Origin: Eledone cirrhosa
Taxonomy: Eukaryota
DNA length: 64,000 nucleotides
Reading direction: 5' to 3'
NCBI GenBank assembly: GCA_964016885.1
Contig: OZ024755.1
Location: 34,286,001-34,350,000, forward strand
Shown here: piece by piece, positions 27,143 through 41,205 of the stretch
Position numbering within the stretch: the first letter of the stretch is position 1
Layout of the letters: each line of letters opens with the position of its first letter
The notes under the pieces: generated by a model
Databases searched by the model: none
What the model was told of the DNA's origin: nothing
Seen by the model: only the letters and a program-made list of their open reading frames with translations
Program-made: the position numbers and the translations under genes

Positions 27143-27605
27143 AGGGTGGTGGATTGGCAGTATCGGTAGAGCGTCTGACTATGCTTTGCAGCATAGAGTT
27201 ACGTCCCTTGCCATTCTGAGTTCAAATCCCGCCGAGGTTAACTTTGCCTTTCACCCTTACAGGGTCGATAAAATAAAGCATCAGTAATGCACTGGGGCTT
27301 TTGCTGGCCTTGTGCCAAAAGTAGAAACAATTATTCTCTCTATCATTCCCCCTCTCTCACTATCTCACTATCTACTCTCATCATCATCATCACCGTTTTA
27401 CGTCCATTCTTCCACGCTAGCATGGGTTAGACAGGTTGTCCTGTTGTGGGCAGTGCCCGGTAGGCTGACCTTGTCTTGCTCATACGGGAACTGATTCTGG
27501 CTTGATTTCTACAGCTGGATGTCCTTCCTGACACCAACCTCCTTTACAGTGAGTGCTGGGTGCTTTTTTTTCGTGGCGCCTACATGACCACTTTACAGTG
27601 GGAGA
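27143..27605. mobile_element. SINE A (plus, 27143-27333) and RTE tail (minus, 27378-27605)
   Basis: Family consensus matches. Confidence 0.85.
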
Positions 27606-28029
27606 GGCCCCTCTCTCTACCCCCCCCCCGCCTTTATCTGCCAGTATTATCTCTCATTACACCCTCCAGCACTTTCTCTTTTCTATTTTACCTTCTTGTT
27701 TATGTTGTCTAAAATAAAAGAAGATGACACAGAATAGTAACAATGCTTTAGTCTTCTACGATACAAGGCAATATCATCAATATCATTAATGCTGGGGCCA
27801 TGATAAACTGCAACTAGTATACCATGTAAAGTGTTCAGCAATCAGAAAAGTACAATGTAAGGTTAGAAGTCACTTTAGTCCTGCCATGATCATAAACATT
27901 TTTGTGCTGGTGCCATAATAAAATACATCTAGAGCATTATGTAAGGTGATAGATATAAGAAAGTGGATCTATTTAAAGAATCCTTACCAAAGTTTTAAGG
28001 TAAGAGTGAGACATCGCCCTATGACTCAT

Positions 28030-28520
28030 GTAAGAGAGGAGTAATACTAAATAAGAATGAACTTAGACCATGAAAAGCCATCTGGGAGAGGAGTAATACT
28101 AAATAGGACAAACTTGGTCCATGAAAACCCATCTGAGAGAGGAGTAAAACTAAATAAGGACAGACTTAGACCATGAAAACCCATCTGAGAGAGGAGTAAA
28201 ACTAAATAGGACAAACTTGGTCCATGAAAACCCATCTGAGAGAGCAGTAAAACTAAATAAGACAAACTTGGTCCATGAAAACCCATCTGAGAGAGCAGTA
28301 AAACTAAATAGGACAAACTTGGACCATGAAAAGCCATCTGAGAGAGCAGTAAAACTAAATAAGGACAGACTTAGACCATGAAAACCCATCTGAGAGAGGA
28401 GTAAAACTAAATAGGACAAACTTGACATGAAAAGCCATCTGAGACAGCAGTAAAACTAAATAAGACAAACTTGAACCATGAAAAGCCATCCAACCCATGC
28501 CGGCATGGAACATGGATGTG
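28030..28520 (+). repeat. 50-51-bp minisatellite (~9 units) ending in an RTE-type tail
   Basis: Unit GAGAGGAGTAAAACTAAATAGGACAAACTTGGACCATGAAAACCCATCT, then ccaacccatgccggcatggaa. Confidence 0.9.
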
Positions 28521-28783
28521 CTGAGAGTGGTTATATTGAAGAAGATTGCTTGACAATCGTTAGAACTTGTGTGGAATTAAAACAATAACGATGGTCTTGA
28601 TGATGATAGGTATAAATATGATTTCATATTTTAGTAGTTATATTATATGAGAATGAAGCCAAAATTAAAAGAGATGCAGATATCAACTAGACAGAACAAA
28701 CTGGCTAAATATAACATGAAAAAAATAGAAATTGTCTGGCAGCATGTTACTGTCCAACTTATGCTAAAATAGTAATAATATAA

Positions 28784-28784
<1 letters not shown>

Positions 28785-28866
<82 letters not shown>

Positions 28867-29138
28867 ATATGCATATATGTGTGTATATATGTGTGTATGT
28901 ATGTATATATATATATATATATATACATACATGTGTGCATGTATATATATATGTATGTATGTTTATATAAATTTATGTATGTGTGTATATATGTATATGT
29001 GTGTGTATGTATATGTATATATACACATATATATATATATGTACATACATACATACATACATACATGTGTGTGCGTGTATATATATATATGTATGTATGT
29101 TTATATATATATATGTGTGTGTTTATATGTATATATGT

Positions 29139-29184
<46 letters not shown>

Positions 29185-29368
29185 ACACACACGCATCATC
29201 ATCATCATTTAACGTCCATCTTCCATGCTTGCATGGGCATATATATATACAAACATGTATGCCCACACACACATATGTATAGACAAACATACATATATGC
29301 CCACACACACATATGTATATACAAACATACATGTAGACACACACACACATATATTATATATATATAAT
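28785..29368. repeat. (TA)/(TG)/(CA) compound microsatellite
   Basis: Seen directly. Confidence 0.95.
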
Positions 29369-30878
29369 CAGCAAGGTTAGAATAAACAACGAATATAGTG
29401 AAGAATTTAGCGTAAAAGTCGGTGTTCATCAGGGCTCTATCCTTAGCCCCCTCCTATTTATTATTGCCCTTCAGGCTATAACAGAGGAGTTCAAGACCGG
29501 CTGCCCATGGGAACTCCTATATGCAGATGATCTAACGCTCATAGGTGAATCAATGGCTGAACTAGAGAAGAAATTCCAAACTTAGAAGCATGGCCTAGAA
29601 TCAAAAGGCCTTAAAGTTAACTTGTCTAAGACTAAAATTCTAGTTTGTAGAAAGGAAAATAGGCCACAGGTCCCCTTAGGGAAATGGCCATGCTCAGTGT
29701 GTAGGAAAGGAGTAGGCAGAAACTCCATTTTATGTCCCAAACGCAAAGTATGGGTGCATAAAATATGTAGTGGGATCACAGGTAAACTATCTAAGAACGT
29801 AGACTTTATATGTGGCCGATGCTCAGGTGTAATAGGTAGCAAGTGTCCACAGGATACTGGCTCCTTCCATTGCCCAGATGGTTCTATAGAAATAGTGGAC
29901 ACTTTCCGTTACCTGGTGACAAAATCAGCAGTGGTGGACGGTGCTCTGAAAGTACAGTAGATAGAGTCAGAACGGGATGGAAAAAGTTCAGAGAGCTTAT
30001 ACCACTATTGGTCGCTAAAGGTTGCTCTCTAAAAATGAAAGGCAGACTGTATGATGCCTGCATATGAACATCAATGTTATATGGCAGTGAGACCTGGGCA
30101 TTGTGTGCAGAGGATATACGCAGACTGGGGAGGAATGAAGCTTGCATGCTCTGTTGGATGTGTAATAGTAATATACGTGAAAGGCAAAGCATAAATGAAC
30201 TAAGTGAGAAATTAGGAATAAGAGGAATCAGATGCTGTTTACTCGAGAGAAGACTACGTTCGTATGGTCACATGATGCGCATGAAAGACGACAGCTGTAT
30301 AAAAAAGTGCAGGGCGATCAAAATAGATGGAAGTTACGGAGTAGGCAGACCCAGAAAAACCTGGGACAATTTTATAAATTCCGACCTTACACACTTACAC
30401 CTCTCCAAGACAATGTCACTGGACCGAGATCTTTGGCGCTACGCAGTAATACAGAAGACCCGCCTTGCCTAAGTACAAAGCGAAACCTACAGTCAGTAGG
30501 CACCTCCTAACCAAATATACACCCCCATCCCATCCCACTACCCCCATCTATACCACCTCTTTCTCTGTAAAGTTATGTTAGTACCACAGCATCCAGTCCT
30601 AAATAAATGAGGTTGTGTAGGTGTCACGACAAAAAAAACACACAGTCCACGCTGTTATGTGTGGCCGTGTAGGTAACAGGGTAAAAACCTCCCAGTCCTC
30701 ACTGTAAACGTGGTTGGTGTTAGGAAGGGCATCCAGCCGTAGAAAACCCACCAGACAGTCCTATACAAGCGAGACAACCAATCTTGCCTCACGTGGGACA
30801 ATTCCCATCTAAACCCATGCTAGCGTGGAAGATAGACGTTAAACAATGATGATGACGATAATGATGATGATGATGATA
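29369..30878 (+). mobile_element. 5'-truncated decayed RTE LINE (RT, PHD-like insert, C-terminus, long 3' UTR)
   Basis: GVHQGS..SP, ELLYADDL, KTK-[CSVC...HKIC...CGRC]-FRYL, MLYGSETW, RLRSYGH, GRPRKTW; stops and frameshifts; (GAT)n tail. Confidence 0.95.
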
Positions 30879-31225
30879 CACACACCACAAATAGACAATT
30901 CCTATTGCAGCAGTAATGATGGTGAAAACAAAGAGCAAAGAATATCTGTGGAAGCAGACAACAAAGTTTATAAACAATTACAATGAGAGAAGGTTGATTT
31001 GATTAATTAAACACTTCTCTCCATTCCTCATTTGATATGTCAAGATATAGAATTTTTTTACACATGTATTCTCTCATATTTCATCAAACAAACCAAAATT
31101 AGTTATGAATAAGTAATACAAAAAACATGTATGTATGTATGTATATATGTCTCTCTACTAATGTCTCTCCCCTTCTCTCTCTTTCTCTACACACAAACAC
31201 ACACATATATATATATATATATATA

Positions 31226-31446
31226 TGTAAGGAAAAAAGATGAAATCAAAATACAACGAAAGTCTTTTTAAGAATCATCGTTCATCATCATTTCATTTTA
31301 CGTCCGCTTTTCCCTGCTTCCAAGGGTCGGACGGGAACTGATTCTGGCTCGATTTCTACAGCTGGATGCCTTTCATATATTCTTTTTAATAAATATTCTT
31401 AAAAAGACTCCAGTTGCATTTTTGATTTCATCTTTTTTCCTTATAC
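31226..31446. repeat. Inverted repeat (~50-bp arms) around a LINE-tail fragment
   Basis: taaggaaaaaagatgaaatcaaaa...ttttaagaat pairs with attcttaaaaa...ttttgatttcatcttttttcctta. Confidence 0.8.
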
Positions 31447-31484
31447 TTTCACTCGTGTAGGACATGTCGTTTTTTTTATTTTTA

Positions 31485-31842
31485 TTCTATGATATTCTGT
31501 GTGGATGCTGTATTTTGTCACAGGTCTATGATATTCTGTATGAATGCTGTATTTTGTCACAGTTCTATGATATTCTGTGTGAATGCTGTATTTTGTCACA
31601 GTTCTATGATATTCTGTGTGAATGCTGTATTTTGTCACAGTTCCATGATATTCTGTATCAATGTTGTATTTTGTCACAGTTCTATGATATTCTGTATGAA
31701 TGCTGTATTTTGTCACAGGCCTCTGATATTCTGTATGGATGCTGTATTTTGTCACAGGCCTATGATATTCTATATGGATGCTGTATTTTGTCACAGTTCT
31801 ATGATATTCTGTATGGATGCTGTATTTTGTCACAGGCCTATA
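31485..31842. repeat. 39-bp minisatellite (~9 units)
   Basis: Unit TTCTATGATATTCTGTATGAATGCTGTATTTTGTCACAG. Confidence 0.95.
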
Positions 31843-32027
31843 CATGATTATTTTGCTGTCATTCTTGTAAGTTCATAATACATGTATCAAACTGCTCAAT
31901 CCACAAAAGATATTTTTCCATAGGAGAAGAGTGGCAATTTCGATTTTAGATAAACTATATTAGAGACAGTTTACCTTGTAGAGTTTTATCTCTCTCTCTA
32001 TATATATATAAAACTCTACAAGGTAAA

Positions 32028-32070
<43 letters not shown>

Positions 32071-32469
32071 TTTTAACAAATACAAATGTGGTATATATTT
32101 CATACACCTTTTGATAACATCTGTACAGTATGTTGTAGTATAAAACAGAGGTCCACCTTGTCCTTCTTCTTCTCCTCCCCCTACTCTCATATGTTTTTGT
32201 AGTGTCCTTTATCTCGAAACCAGATTTAGATTTAAATGAAAATTTTGAAAGTTTAAAGCATTTTATATGTAGCTTTGAAATAAATGGTTTAGAATTTACA
32301 GAAGTGTTTGGATGGCATTGCTCCAGGAATTTCAGTTGAAGTTTCAACATATTACAATACAAGTCTTTGATGAAACAGATGCACTTAACTGCCAGTTTTA
32401 ATATATGCAATTTTTCCAGCTGGTTTCAATATCGAATGCAGGAATTTGAAATGATTTTGTGTTTGTGTT

Positions 32470-32696
32470 TTAACCCTTTAGCATTTACATTACTTTATAT
32501 ATACTATCATATTTTCATGGTAAAGGCTTTACTTCACATACTTATCACATAATATAAAATCTACGAGATTTTGATATTATTTATTTTGAGAAAAATACCT
32601 TACCATAAGTATGAGCAGCTGGTTATGGCCGGCTTGAACAGAAAGAGGTGAAAGCATTCTGGCCAGATATGGCCAGTTTAAATGTTAAATGGTTAA
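32470..32696. mobile_element. piggyBac-type MITE
   Basis: TTAACCCTTTAGCATTTAC...TAAATGTTAAATGGTTAA. Confidence 0.85.
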
Positions 32697-32974
32697 ACCC
32701 AAGCAACATCTTACTGACTGCTGGCTGATGAAATATATTAAAGTATTGTGTGAGTTAATTAATTTAAAAGCACCAATGAAAAGTACATATATAAAATCAC
32801 ACAAAAACACAAACCTTGAACGAGCTTTACGCACACAAACATATACACACACATACGCACACAGACATATACACACACATACAGGCACACACTGGCACAA
32901 CATGCAAACACAGTAAAAATGAATCTCATTCAGATACATTTATATATAAGAAATGTAAATCTGAGTTTTTCGAA

Positions 32975-34400
32975 TCATCATCATCATCATTTAACGTCCA
33001 TCTTCCACGCTAGCATGGATTAGACGGTTTTGTTCCATTTAATGTGGGAATGGCACGGAAGCGTCTCTGGCAGGATTTTTTTACAGCTGGATGCCCTTCC
33101 TAACACCAACCACATGCATCTTACAATCTGCCTTTCATTTTTAGAGAAAAACCTCTTGTGGCCAACAGTGGTATTAGCTCTCTGAACTTTTTCCATCCCG
33201 TTCTAACTCTGGCTACTACACTTTCAGAGCACCCTCCACCACTGCTGATTTTGTCACCCAGGTAACGGAAGGTGTCTACTATTTCTATAGAACCATCTAG
33301 GCAGTTGAAGGAGATATCATCCAGTGGGTCCTTGCTACTTACTGCACCTGAGCATTGGCCACATATAAAGTCTACGTTCTTAGATAGTTTACCTCTGATC
33401 CCACTACATCTTTTATGCACCCATAGTTTGCATTTAGGACATAGAATGGAGTTTCTGCCTACTCCTTTCTTACACACTGAGCATAGTCATTCCCAGAGGG
33501 TACCTGTGCCCTATTATCCTTTCTACATACTAGAACGTCAGTCTTAGACAAGTTGACTCTAAGGCCTTTTGATTCAAGGCCATGCTTCCATGTTTGGAAT
33601 TTCTTCTCTAGTTCAACCATAGATTCAGCTATGAGAGTTAGATCATCTGCATATAGCAGTTCCCACGGGCAGCCAGTCTTAAACCCCTCTGTTATAGCCT
33701 GTAGGACAATTATAAACAGGAGGGGGCTAAGAACAGAGCCCTGGTGTACCCCTACCATCACACTAAATTCATTACTATATTCTTCGTTAATTCTAACCTT
33801 GCTGACTGTTCCTCTATACATGGCTTGTATAGCTGTCACAAGCCATTCTTCCACTTAGTTTTCTAAGAGCCCACCAGATAAAGGTGCATGGGACTCTGTC
33901 AAAGGCCTTCTCCAGGTCAACAAAAGCTAAGTGGAGGGGTTTACTGTTAGCCAGGTACTTCTCCTGCAATTGCCGTACAAGGAAAAGAACATTCATGGTA
34001 CTTTTACCTGGCACAAACCCAAATTGCATTTCATCTAGATCAATTCAGTCCCTAATCAGTTGAGTAATAACTCTTTCTGTGACTTTCATGACCTGGTCAA
34101 CTAATTTAATACCCCTATAGTTTACTCTATCCAGGGCGTTTCCTTTGCCCTTGTAGCAGTTAATGATGATGCTGCTACGCCAGTCATTTGGTATGACCCC
34201 ATTCTGTATTACTTGGTTTAGTATCCGGGTGACCATAGTATGTCCCACCATTCCAGATACCTTCAACATTTCAGCAACTATCCTCGAAGGCCCAGCTGCC
34301 TTGCGTGTCTTCATATCTTTGATTGCCTTACTTACTACCATCAACTTGCTACCGGTTTTGCTTGGTGCCACAGACAAGATTTTACCTATCTCTATACCCA
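32975..34400 (-). mobile_element. Decayed RTE LINE (RT domains plus PHD-like insert), internally deleted before the tail
   Basis: KAAGPS, NYRGIKL, QFGFVPGKST, FVDLEKAFDRV, GVHQGSVLSP, LLYADD, C-rich insert, FRYLG. Confidence 0.95.
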
Positions 34401-34887
34401 CTCTACATCTCTCCATGTATCGAGTACTCAGATGATTAGTGGTCTCCCCGGTCTCAGCACCTAAGACTTTATTTGTATATAAACCAACTTAACACACCAG
34501 TAGCTCCATTAACATCACTGACAAATGATTCCATCATCACAATCTGCTTACCACATCTCCATATTAAGCGTACTTTTCTTATAATCCCTCCCACCATTAT
34601 ATTTGTTTTCTAGCTGTTAACATAAACATTTTAACAACACTATTCATAGCTGTGATTCTAAAACATGGATGCTTTTTTATGCATTTTAACTACAAAATTT
34701 GGGACCCATGTGTAATTTCCACAGCCATAACTGTCTGATAACATCATCCATATTTACAAGAAGTGATAACACATAATATGAAGAATATCTATGGATGATT
34801 TAGCACTAAATTTCTAATCCTGCTTTATAACTCGGATAAGTTTACAATTAACTTTGCTTCAGGATTCTATCGGTTGATTATAAAAGT

Positions 34888-34996
34888 ATTAGCTGTTCAT
34901 TAATGTGTATATGCACACATAATTTTAGCTGTTCATTAATGTGTATATGCACAGATAATTTTAGCTGTTCATTAATGTGTAGATGCACACATAATT
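34888..34996. repeat. Three copies of a ~36-bp tandem repeat
   Basis: ttagctgttcattaatgtgtatatgcacacataat repeated. Confidence 0.9.
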
Positions 34997-35167
34997 ACAA
35001 TTTCCTAAGTTGAAAAAGATACAAAATATAAGCTATTTTTGAGATAACTGCTTATACATAGAGTATGTAAATTCATAAGAATGAAATTAATATTAAGCCA
35101 AAGAAAGCTCAATGATGAATTGATTAGTTCAATACACATATATATCTGGTTATTTGTGTTGTTAATT

Positions 35168-35342
35168 TTAAACCTTCAGCATTTAAACTGGCCACTCATA
35201 CTGATGTTAAGGTATTTTTCTCAAAATAAATAATATCAAAATCTCATAGATTCGATATTATGTGAGATAATTATGTGAGGTAAAGCCTTTACCATGAAAA
35301 TACAATAGTATATGTAGAGTAATGTAAATGGTAAAGGGTTAA
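35168..35342. mobile_element. piggyBac-type MITE (internally deleted)
   Basis: Ends ...TAAATGGTAAAGGGTTAA. Confidence 0.8.
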
Positions 35343-35529
35343 AGAAGAAACATGAATAGGTGGAGTGTTAATCATTGCCTTGAAGATCCAAATCAAGAGG
35401 AATAAAGAGGAACTGTGTATCGAGCAACTATCTGGCAATTAATTAGTGTAAAATCATTGAATATGGGCTAAAAAAAGGGGGGGGGGGATATGTAACAGTA
35501 AGGTTACTGATGGAACACTTTAAATCGTG

Positions 35530-35840
35530 ATGAAAACAAAACAATTCATTGGTACTGTTGTTGAGGACAGAATAAGCTCAGTCCTCAGACATGAAATTCT
35601 TGTTATCTGATAATGGTCTGAATATTGTGAAGACTTTTGTAACCACAATCTCAGAAATAACACTAGCATACTAGATAATTCTTTCAATAGCTGTAGAGAA
35701 CTTGAGAATATTCCAATTCTCCAGGAAGACATCAAAAAGGTGGGGCACTTGCCCAATGATGGGAAATCCACAAAAGAGGATAACATCCCATCAGAGCTCC
35801 TCAGAGATGGTGGGCCCAAACTTACCAAGGCACTGATAAT
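35530..35840 (+). mobile_element. Old RTE-LINE fragment upstream of RT
   Basis: Reads ...GKSTKEDNIPSELLRDGGPKLTKAL on the plus strand (K.PG.D.I..E motif). Confidence 0.55.
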
Positions 35841-36339
35841 AGAAAGTTAAGAGTGGTGAGAGGAAGGAATGGTGAAAATTAGGGGAAAAAAATTTGGGAG
35901 AAAAATAACAAACACGTCCGCATTCAGTCGGCCATCTTGGAGATGATCATCATATATATGTGTATGTGTGTGTATGAGTATGCGAGTGCATGTGTCTGTA
36001 TGAGTATGCGTGTGTATGTATTTCTGTATATATGTGTGTGAATGTGACATATATTTAATAAATAATTGATGACATTCATTGAAAACGGCTTTTATTTGAA
36101 ATTGTAGAGATATCTGTGTAAAACTTGGATTCACCATACAAGGGTTTGTTACCAACATACATTCATATGCAATGGACTTCCTTATCATTTTCCTCTATCA
36201 AGTTCACTCACAAGGCATCGGTTGGTCCAAGTTTCTTGCTGAAGCTACTGCACTTGTCAAGGAACCCAGAATCACATGGTTAAGAAGCAAACTTCTTTAT
36301 CGCACAGCAATGTCTGTACTATATATATATATATATGTG

Positions 36340-37592
36340 TTCACCTAGAGAAGGCCTTTGATAGGGTACCCCGATCTGTCATCTGGTGGTCCCTAAGGAA
36401 ACTAGGTGTAGAGGAATGGCTTGTGAGGACAGTGCAAGCTATGTACAGGGGTGCTATCAGTAAAGTGAGAGTAGCAATGGAGTTTAGTGAGAAATTCCAG
36501 ATACAAGTAGGAGTACATCAGGGTTCGGTCCTCAGCCCGCTCTTGTTCATTATAATCCTCCAAGCCATAACAGAGGAGTTTAAGACTGGCTGCCTATGCG
36601 AACTTCTCTATGCTGACGATCTGGTTCTTATAGCAGAATCAGTAGAGGAGCTAGAGAATAAATTCTGGCTATGGAAACAGCAGTTGGAATCAAGAGGACT
36701 GAGAGTGAACATAGCTAAAACAAAAGTGTTGATAAGTAGAAGAGAGGACAATACTCTGATTCCATCGGGGAAATGGCCATGTTCGATATGTAGGAAAGGA
36801 ACTGGCATAAATTCCATAAAATGTATGCAATGCAAATCTTGGGTACACAAGAGATGTAGTGGGATAGCAGGCAAACTAACAGGTAGGGAGAACTACATAT
36901 GCAGTAGATATACAGGGAAAATTTGCAGTAGTAATCGCAGTAATAGACACATTTTTCCAATGCAGGTGGGTTCTATAGAAGTGGTTGATAGCTTCCGGTA
37001 CCTAGGTGATCAGATTAGCATGGGAGAGGGGTGTTCCGAGGCCATAGTATCTAGAATAAGGACGGGTTGAAAGAAGTTTAGGGAGCTGCTTCTTCTGTTG
37101 ACAAAGAAGGGTTTCTCCCTGCGTACAAAAGGACGGTTATATGAAGCTTGTGTGAGATGTGTGACATGGGCAGCAACTGCAGAAGATATGCGACGGCTGG
37201 AGAGAAATGAAGCAAGTACGCTCCGTTGGATGTGCAATGCCAATGTGCGTGAACGACCAAGCATAGACGAGTTGAGAAAGAAACTGGGTATAAGAAGGAT
37301 AAGTTGTGGTGTGCAGGTGAGAAGGCTGAGATGGTATGGACATGTGATGCACATGGAGGATGACCGCTGGGTAAAGAAGTGCCAAGAAATCCCAGTAGAA
37401 AGAAGACGCAGTAGAGGAAGACAATGAAAAACTTGGGAGGAGGTGGTGAGAGCTGACCTCAGATCGCTGAAACTCACCGAGGAGATGACGAAGGACCGTG
37501 ACAAGTGGAGAGATGCTGTGCTGAATAGGACCCGTCTAACCCTTGCAAGCAGGGAAAAGCGGACGTAAAATGATGATGATGATGATGATGAT
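36340..37592 (+). mobile_element. 5'-truncated RTE LINE (short-UTR subfamily) with PHD-like insert
   Basis: ORF 36276-37070 LEKAFDRVP...GVHQGSVLSP...LLYADD...CSIC...CMQC..WVHKRC...FRYLG; C-terminus 37098-37427; (GAT)n tail. Confidence 0.95.
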
Positions 37593-37842
37593 GATATATA
37601 TATGCATAATACACACACCAAAGGTTGGTGTTAGGACCCTTCCAGTTGTAAAAAAAACCTGCCAGAGACAATTCTGTACGAGCGAGACATAGTCTCCCGA
37701 CCATTCCCGCATCAATTGGAACAAAACAGTCTAACCCATGCTGGCTTGGAAAATGTACGTTAAACAATGATGATGATGATGATGATGAATATATATATAT
37801 ATTGGTACGCAATAAATATTTTTCATATGTAATCGAAACCTC

Positions 37843-37878
<36 letters not shown>

Positions 37879-38035
37879 TCATCATCATTTCCCTTGCAAG
37901 CAGGGAAACAGGGAAAAGCAGACGTAAAATGATGATGATGATATATATATATATATATATATAAATGAGGAGGTTTCGTTTACATATGAAAAATATTTAT
38001 TGCGTACCAACACCAGTATTTCACCCTACTACCTA

Positions 38036-38090
<55 letters not shown>

Positions 38091-38098
38091 TACATACA

Positions 38099-38138
<40 letters not shown>

Positions 38139-38177
38139 ATTGTCTAAGTTTGCTTGAAGCATTGTGGAATATGAAAA

Positions 38178-38303
38178 GTGGTCGTTTTGGAAGCCTCTTC
38201 AATGCAGATGGATAAATCACTGGGTAACAAAATCAGGTGGCAGTAGGATTTTGTTACTCAGAGATTATCCATCTGCATTGTAGAGGCTTCCAAAACGACC
38301 ATT
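38178..38303. repeat. Hairpin (~57-bp arms)
   Basis: tggtcgttttggaagcctct...gtaacaaaatc pairs with gattttgttac...agaggcttccaaaacgacca. Confidence 0.9.
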
Positions 38304-38572
38304 CATCATCATCATCATCTTCATCATTTTACGTCCGCTTTTCCCTGCTTGCAAGGGTGGGACGGGTACTGATTCTGGCTTGATTTCTACAGCTGGATGC
38401 CCTTCCTAACACCAACCTCATTTACAGTGAGTGCTGGGTGCTTTTTTGCCGTGGCGCCTACACGTCCACTTTACAGTGGAATGATAGGGACCCCAGCTGA
38501 GTAAACTGGAGCAATGTGAAATAAAGTGTCTTGCTCAAGGAAACAACACATCACCCTTGAGCAAGACACATT
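38303..38572 (-). mobile_element. SINE B (CORE plus RTE tail), 5'-truncated
   Basis: Matches 43790-44105 reverse-complemented. Confidence 0.85.
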
Positions 38573-38624
38573 ACATATATCTAAGCAAGTGTTTTGTTGT
38601 GAAGACGTAGGCCAAGTTTGAAAT

Positions 38625-38812
38625 TGAGTTAGAAATAGAAGCTGTCACTGTAATTTGACTAGAGAAAATTAGCCTGATAGTGGGGTTTAAAACCCTCAAA
38701 ATGGAAAAGGATGTATTGACATACAATACTCATCCTTTTCCATTGAGAGAGTTTGAAAACCCACTATCAGGCTAATTTCTTTAGTCAAAATACAGTGACA
38801 GTTTCTATTTCT

Positions 38813-38818
<6 letters not shown>
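38625..38818. repeat. Imperfect hairpin (~88-bp arms)
   Basis: gagttagaaatagaa...atggaaaagga pairs with tccttttccat...ttctatttctaactc. Confidence 0.85.
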
Positions 38819-38895
<77 letters not shown>

Positions 38896-38919
38896 TACAC
38901 ACACACACACACACACACG

Positions 38920-38960
<41 letters not shown>

Positions 38961-39547
38961 ATATATATATATATTTACATATATACATACAGACTTGCAC
39001 TCATAGATACACACTTTATTTGAAGCATACATAATATATTTACTGTCACCTGTCAACAATCAAAATTATATAAATTGAAAAACATTGTGAACATCGGTTC
39101 AAAAGAAGCAAACATACAAAGTAATGGCAGAGCCATCAACATTATTACAACAACAAACACTATATAAATCATTTGGCTATATATGAATAAAACATAGGAG
39201 AGAACAATCAACATATAAATCTTCCCCATCAACCATAAATAGTTACTTTCAAGATGTTGTCATAGAAATTGTAGCTTCACAAGAGAAATCTCTATCTCCC
39301 CATTCCATATACAATATTAAGCCTGAAGATTTTAAATTGTTTTATATACTGTCACTAAATTAGCAGAAGAACTTTCTAATAGATGTTCCAACATCGTTGG
39401 TAATCTAGAAAACTGACGTTTCACAAGTTATGATCTGCAGCTGGCCAAAGTGATAGATTGATGGAGTTCTAGTTAAACATTTCCTTAACCCTTTCATTCC
39501 CATATTTCTAATGAAAGTCACTGTCTATGACACTATTAAGCTGCTGT

Positions 39548-39925
39548 AGGGCGGTCGATTGGCAGTAACCGTAGAGAGTCGGACAACATGCTTTGCAACA
39601 TAGAGTTACAGCCCTTTGCGGTTAACTTTGCTTTTCATCCTTCTGGAGTTGATAAAATAAAGTACCAGTAATACACTGGGGTAATTGCTGGCCTTGTGCC
39701 AAAAGTAGAAACAATTATTAAGCTGGTGTATGGAGTATACCTTAACCCTTTAGTATTTGTATTACTCTATATTTACTATTGTATTTTCAAAGTATTGAAG
39801 TAAAGGCTTTATCTCATATAATATCAAAGCTAAGAGATTTTGATATTTATTTTGAGAGCAGCACTGTAACATAATTATAAGCCTTCAGTTATGGACAGTT
39901 TGAAAGGAGAGAATTCTGGCCAAGA
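39548..39925. mobile_element. SINE A (plus) followed by a piggyBac-type MITE
   Basis: Family consensus matches. Confidence 0.8.
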
Positions 39926-40561
39926 GGAATTAAACACTGTTATTTAAAGCCCTTCAAGGATTAGGGAAATATCTACATTTCTGATTAATTTTTATGATGC
40001 ATATTATGCTTATAGGCGTGTGTCGTATTTCATATTTGATGAAGATTTTGTCAATGTGACTTGTTGACTTCAAATCCTCTTATAAGGATTTGAAAGAAAT
40101 TGGTGCTGTGTGTGTAACTTAACAGATATTCTTCGAGAAAGCAAAGACTTCTAATGGTCTAATGCTGTTTTTTTTAGGTTCATTTTCTTCTTCTGTGTAG
40201 GAGCATTTAGATTTCTGAGAGGAAAATAATCTCTCTCAATTTTATTTATTAATGAGCATGTTTTCTTAATGGAAATCCTATAGACTATGTAGGTTACCAC
40301 TCAAAGACTTTATTTTCTTAAAACCAGCCTGAGATCTAAATGTAATGGTCGAGGAGGAAATTATGATGTATTTGCATAAGTCATCTGAAACAAATAGTCA
40401 CATTTATGAAGCCTTCTATAAGACTGGATACACTCTGTGGTTTCAATTTAGGAATTATTTTCATAGTTTGTTGTAATTAAATAAGTTGAAAGACTGTAAA
40501 GATTCTCTAGAGGATTATGTATTATTGTGTTATTCCTACACTGGCATTCCAATATAAATAT

Positions 40562-40747
40562 AATTGTTTCTACTTTAGGCACAAGGCCAGCAATTATCCA
40601 GTGCATTACTGGTACTTTATTTTATCGACCCCCGTAAGGATGAAAGGCAAAGTCAACCTCGGCGGGATTTGAACTCAGATCGTAAAGGGACGTAACTATG
40701 CTGGAAAGCATGGCGTCCGACCCTCTACCGATACTGCCAATCCACCA
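40562..40747 (-). mobile_element. Young SINE A with ~19-bp TSD
   Basis: attccaatataaatataat on both sides. Confidence 0.9.
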
Positions 40748-40859
40748 TTCCAATATAAATATAATGAGGTTTTGGCAGAATGGTACGCCATTTTGGAAAC
40801 TAGCTTTTGTTGCTTACATGAATATGACCAACTTCAGATGAAAATTTATGTGTAATGTC

Positions 40860-41205
40860 CTCATCATCATCATCCTCATCATTTTACGTCCACTTTTCCC
40901 TGCTTGCAAGGGTGGGACGGGAACTGATTCTGGCTTGATTTCTACCGCTAGATGCCCTTCCTAACACCAACCTCATTTACAGTGAGTGCTGGCTGCCTTT
41001 TTTCCATAGCGCCTCCACGACCACTCTACAGTGGAATGATAGGGACCCCAGTCCCTATCATCTCATTTCTACAGCTGAGTAAACTGGAGCAATGTGAAAT
41101 AAAGTGCCTTGCTCAAGGAAACAACACATCACCCGGTCTGAGAATTGAACTCACAACCTTTCGATTGTAAGGCCAATGCTCTAACCACTAAGCCATGTGC
41201 CTGCA
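40860..41205 (-). mobile_element. Full-length SINE B (tRNA head, CORE, RTE tail)
   Basis: Minus strand reads GCACATGGCTTAGTGGTTAGAGC...GAGTTCAATTC...CCTTGAGCAAGGCAC...cccttgcaagcaggg(atg)n. Confidence 0.9.

Noticed and set aside
31955-32410. 151-aa minus-strand ORF and a 45-codon plus-strand open stretch
   Set aside because: No recognisable domain, it runs into microsatellite, and splice context is unconvincing.
35920-35945. YY1-like GGCCATCTTGG motif
   Set aside because: Isolated short motif with no supporting promoter context.
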